64,000 bases of DNA, taken from NCBI GenBank assembly GCA_963724765.1, contig CAVRVY010000004.1:640001-704000 (forward strand), in the 5' to 3' direction. The notes beneath the pieces were generated by a model. That model had not been told where the DNA came from. It searched no databases and was given only the letters and a program-made list of their open reading frames with translations. Position numbers and translations under genes: made by a program. Below, in pieces: positions 62,277-64,000 of the stretch. Position 1 is the stretch's first letter. Every line of letters starts with the position of its first letter. This DNA is from an uncultured delta proteobacterium. GTDB taxonomy: Bacteria; Desulfobacterota; Binatia; Binatales; Binataceae.

Positions 62277-62648
62277 TTGAGTGCAGCCAGCCTTTTGTTA
62301 GTTGACGATAACGACGACGTTCGCGAAGTTACCGCATTGCTGTTGCGCGATAGCGGATACGATGTGATCGAGGCACCCGGCGGCAGCGCCGCCTTGGCCG
62401 AGATCGACGCCAATCCTGCGATCGATCTGCTGATTGTCGATTTTGCAATGCCGGGGATGTCGGGAATCGAGCTGCTTGAACGAGCACGCGCCAAGCGTCC
62501 GGAAATCAGGGCGGTGTTCATCACCGGTTATGTTGATCACACTTCGGTCAAAGGCAAGTTCACCGACGAAATCGTGGTCAGAAAGCCCTTTACGATGGAC
62601 CAGCTCGCGCCCGCGGTGCGCAAGGCGTTGGGCCAATCAGAGGGGTGA
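62277..62648 (+). CDS. Stand-alone response regulator receiver
   Basis: LLVDDN, DLLIVDFAMPGMSG, FITGY, RKPF. Confidence 0.92.
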   Translation: MSAASLLLVDDNDDVREVTALLLRDSGYDVIEAPGGSAALAEIDANPAIDLLIVDFAMPGMSGIELLERARAKRPEIRAVFITGYVDHTSVKGKFTDEIVVRKPFTMDQLAPAVRKALGQSEG

Positions 62649-63053
62649 ACGCACCACTTGCGCCAGGGGCCAGCGCCTGCCCCAAATTAATCGCGCTTCG
62701 GAAAACCTTACCGGCACCAACCATTTCCAAGCCGATTTTATGGCTCTGATATCGATACCTGCATTTAACTGTCGCGATTTTTCCATCGCTCAGGTCACCG
62801 GCTCAGCCCTCGAGCACGTTGTTCGTCGCACTCGACATTGTTGATGCACCTCGTCGATAGGACCGAGTTCGGCTCTATCGAACTGTAGGTTGATCCGCGC
62901 GAGCCGGTACTTGATCCATACGCCAGGCTTTCAGTCCTCGATCATTCTTCACATGGCTGGGCCTCCCGGACTTCTTTCAAGCGAGCTGAAAAAGATTCAA
63001 CGCGTCAGCACGGTCATCAACATTTCTCACAATTCATAATGGGGTCTTTCCGA

Positions 63054-63069
63054 CGGCACAATTGTTGCT
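63054..63069 (+). promoter_or_regulatory. Sigma-54 promoter candidate for csbD
   Basis: CGGCACAATTGTTGCT. Confidence 0.7.
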
Positions 63070-63130
63070 CACCTTTACTTTGATCGCGAAAAACAACCTC
63101 TGCCGCGCGCAGACCAAAGGGGTAGACCTA

Positions 63131-63322
63131 ATGAATCAGGATCAAATCAAGGGCAAATGGAATCAGCTCAAGGGCGAAGTCAAGAAGAAGTGGGCCAAGA
63201 TGACCGACGATGACTTTCTGGAAGTCGAAGGCGACATGGACAAGCTCACCGGCAGAATCCAGGAACGGACTGGCGACAAGAAGGAAGACATCCGTAAGTG
63301 GCTTAACGAGCAACATCAGTAA
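63131..63322 (+). CDS. csbD: CsbD/YjbJ family stress protein
   Basis: MNQDQIKGKWNQLKGEVKKKWAKMTDDD..GRIQERTG. Confidence 0.93.
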   Translation: MNQDQIKGKWNQLKGEVKKKWAKMTDDDFLEVEGDMDKLTGRIQERTGDKKEDIRKWLNEQHQ

Positions 63323-63329
63323 TTGTGGT

Positions 63330-63386
63330 GTGGGCGCGGCGTTCAGTAATCTTTGTGCTCTACTCTTTCTGGGCGCCGCGCCCCAC
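63330..63386 (+). other. GC-rich RNA stem-loop between csbD and the small-protein gene
   Basis: GTGGGCGCGGCGTTCAG pairs with CTGGGCGCCGCGCCCCAC (about 17 bp, with G-U pairs and a bulge); no U-tract. Confidence 0.6.
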
Positions 63387-63409
63387 TAACTACTCTAAGA
63401 GGTAAACAA

Positions 63410-63490
63410 ATGCGATATCTGATAGCATGGCTGCTCGGAGTCCCTATTTCAATACTTGTGCTGTGGTATGTAATCGTTCATTTACTTTAG
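63410..63490 (+). CDS. 26-aa single-TM microprotein (WLLGVP motif)
   Basis: RBS AAGAGG; MRYLIAWLLGVPISILVLWYVIVHLL*; below the ORF-track cutoff. Confidence 0.75.
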   Translation: MRYLIAWLLGVPISILVLWYVIVHLL

Positions 63491-63742
63491 CGAGTTTGCC
63501 TGAACGACTTCGAACACTTGCGGAATACAATACCTCGCCTACAGGACACGGCACAATCCCACAAATGCGCCAATTACCTGCTAAATGAAGCGAGTGCGGT
63601 TGATACTTTCGGCCTACCATGCATTTGAAGAGTTTTGCGTTGCCGCGAATGGGTACCGATCTTAATTGGAAGGATGTCGGGAAGTATGTCGAACCGATCT
63701 CGGGCTTCAATCTTGGGTCGGAACCGAGGATTGGTCGGCAAG

Positions 63743-63937
63743 ATGAAAGACCGAGTTCCGTACATCGATGCCGTACAAGGTCTGTCCGAACCCATTTTCA
63801 TAGTGACTTCGCACGGCGCTCTGTTGAATGCCAACTCCGCCGGCCTCAGCATGGTCGGGCTAGCGGCCGTCGCCAGCACACTCCTCCGGGTGTGCGCAGA
63901 ACATTCTCTCGCTATTCCGGCCGAAAACCCATTGTAG
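63743..63937 (+). pseudogene. Possible PAS-domain N-terminal fragment
   Basis: DAVQGLSEPIFIVTSHGALLNANSAG..MVG is PAS-like; the frame ends early near the window edge. Confidence 0.35.
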
Positions 63938-64000
63938 ATCGGGTTCGCGAACCCCCGGCCCGCTCCTGAAGCTGCGATATTCCCGAGCGATACTCACACC

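Noticed and set aside
1-64000. Prophage, integrative element, defence system, tRNA or rRNA
   Set aside because: No integrase, structural phage, nuclease/defence or RNA-gene signatures seen; only one IS3 remnant.

Overview
A GC-rich bacterial window with no rRNA, tRNA or CRISPR. Nearly all of it is one stress/dormancy ('hypoxia regulon-like') island. It encodes BON/OsmY, ElaB-like, CsbD, USP, two Hsp20, an orphan GroEL, three CBS proteins, a HPF-cold-shock fusion, DksA/TraR, GYD, DUF2267, a hemerythrin-like protein, four paralogous monoheme cytochromes c, RtcB, PolX, PRPP synthetase, a hydrolase-PRTase fusion, pyruvate kinase, an acsA-pdhABC-ACP operon, TreY/TreZ, three ABC systems and P-type ATPases. 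The strongest signal outside the ORF track is regulatory. About 18 transcription units or remnants are preceded by correctly oriented sigma-54 (-24/-12, GG-N10-GC) motifs. Several also carry a shared 17-bp palindrome (TGnCTCC-N3-GGAGnCA), often as tandem pairs, and a sigma-54 activator without a recognisable sensor domain lies inside the island. I infer a DosR/FNR-like dormancy gene set wired to sigma-54. The island also holds many gene remnants (pcm, amn, osmC, ABC-2 permease, USP halves, P-type ATPase, IS3), some apparently collapsed by internal deletion. All product calls come from motif recognition by eye; no database search was run.
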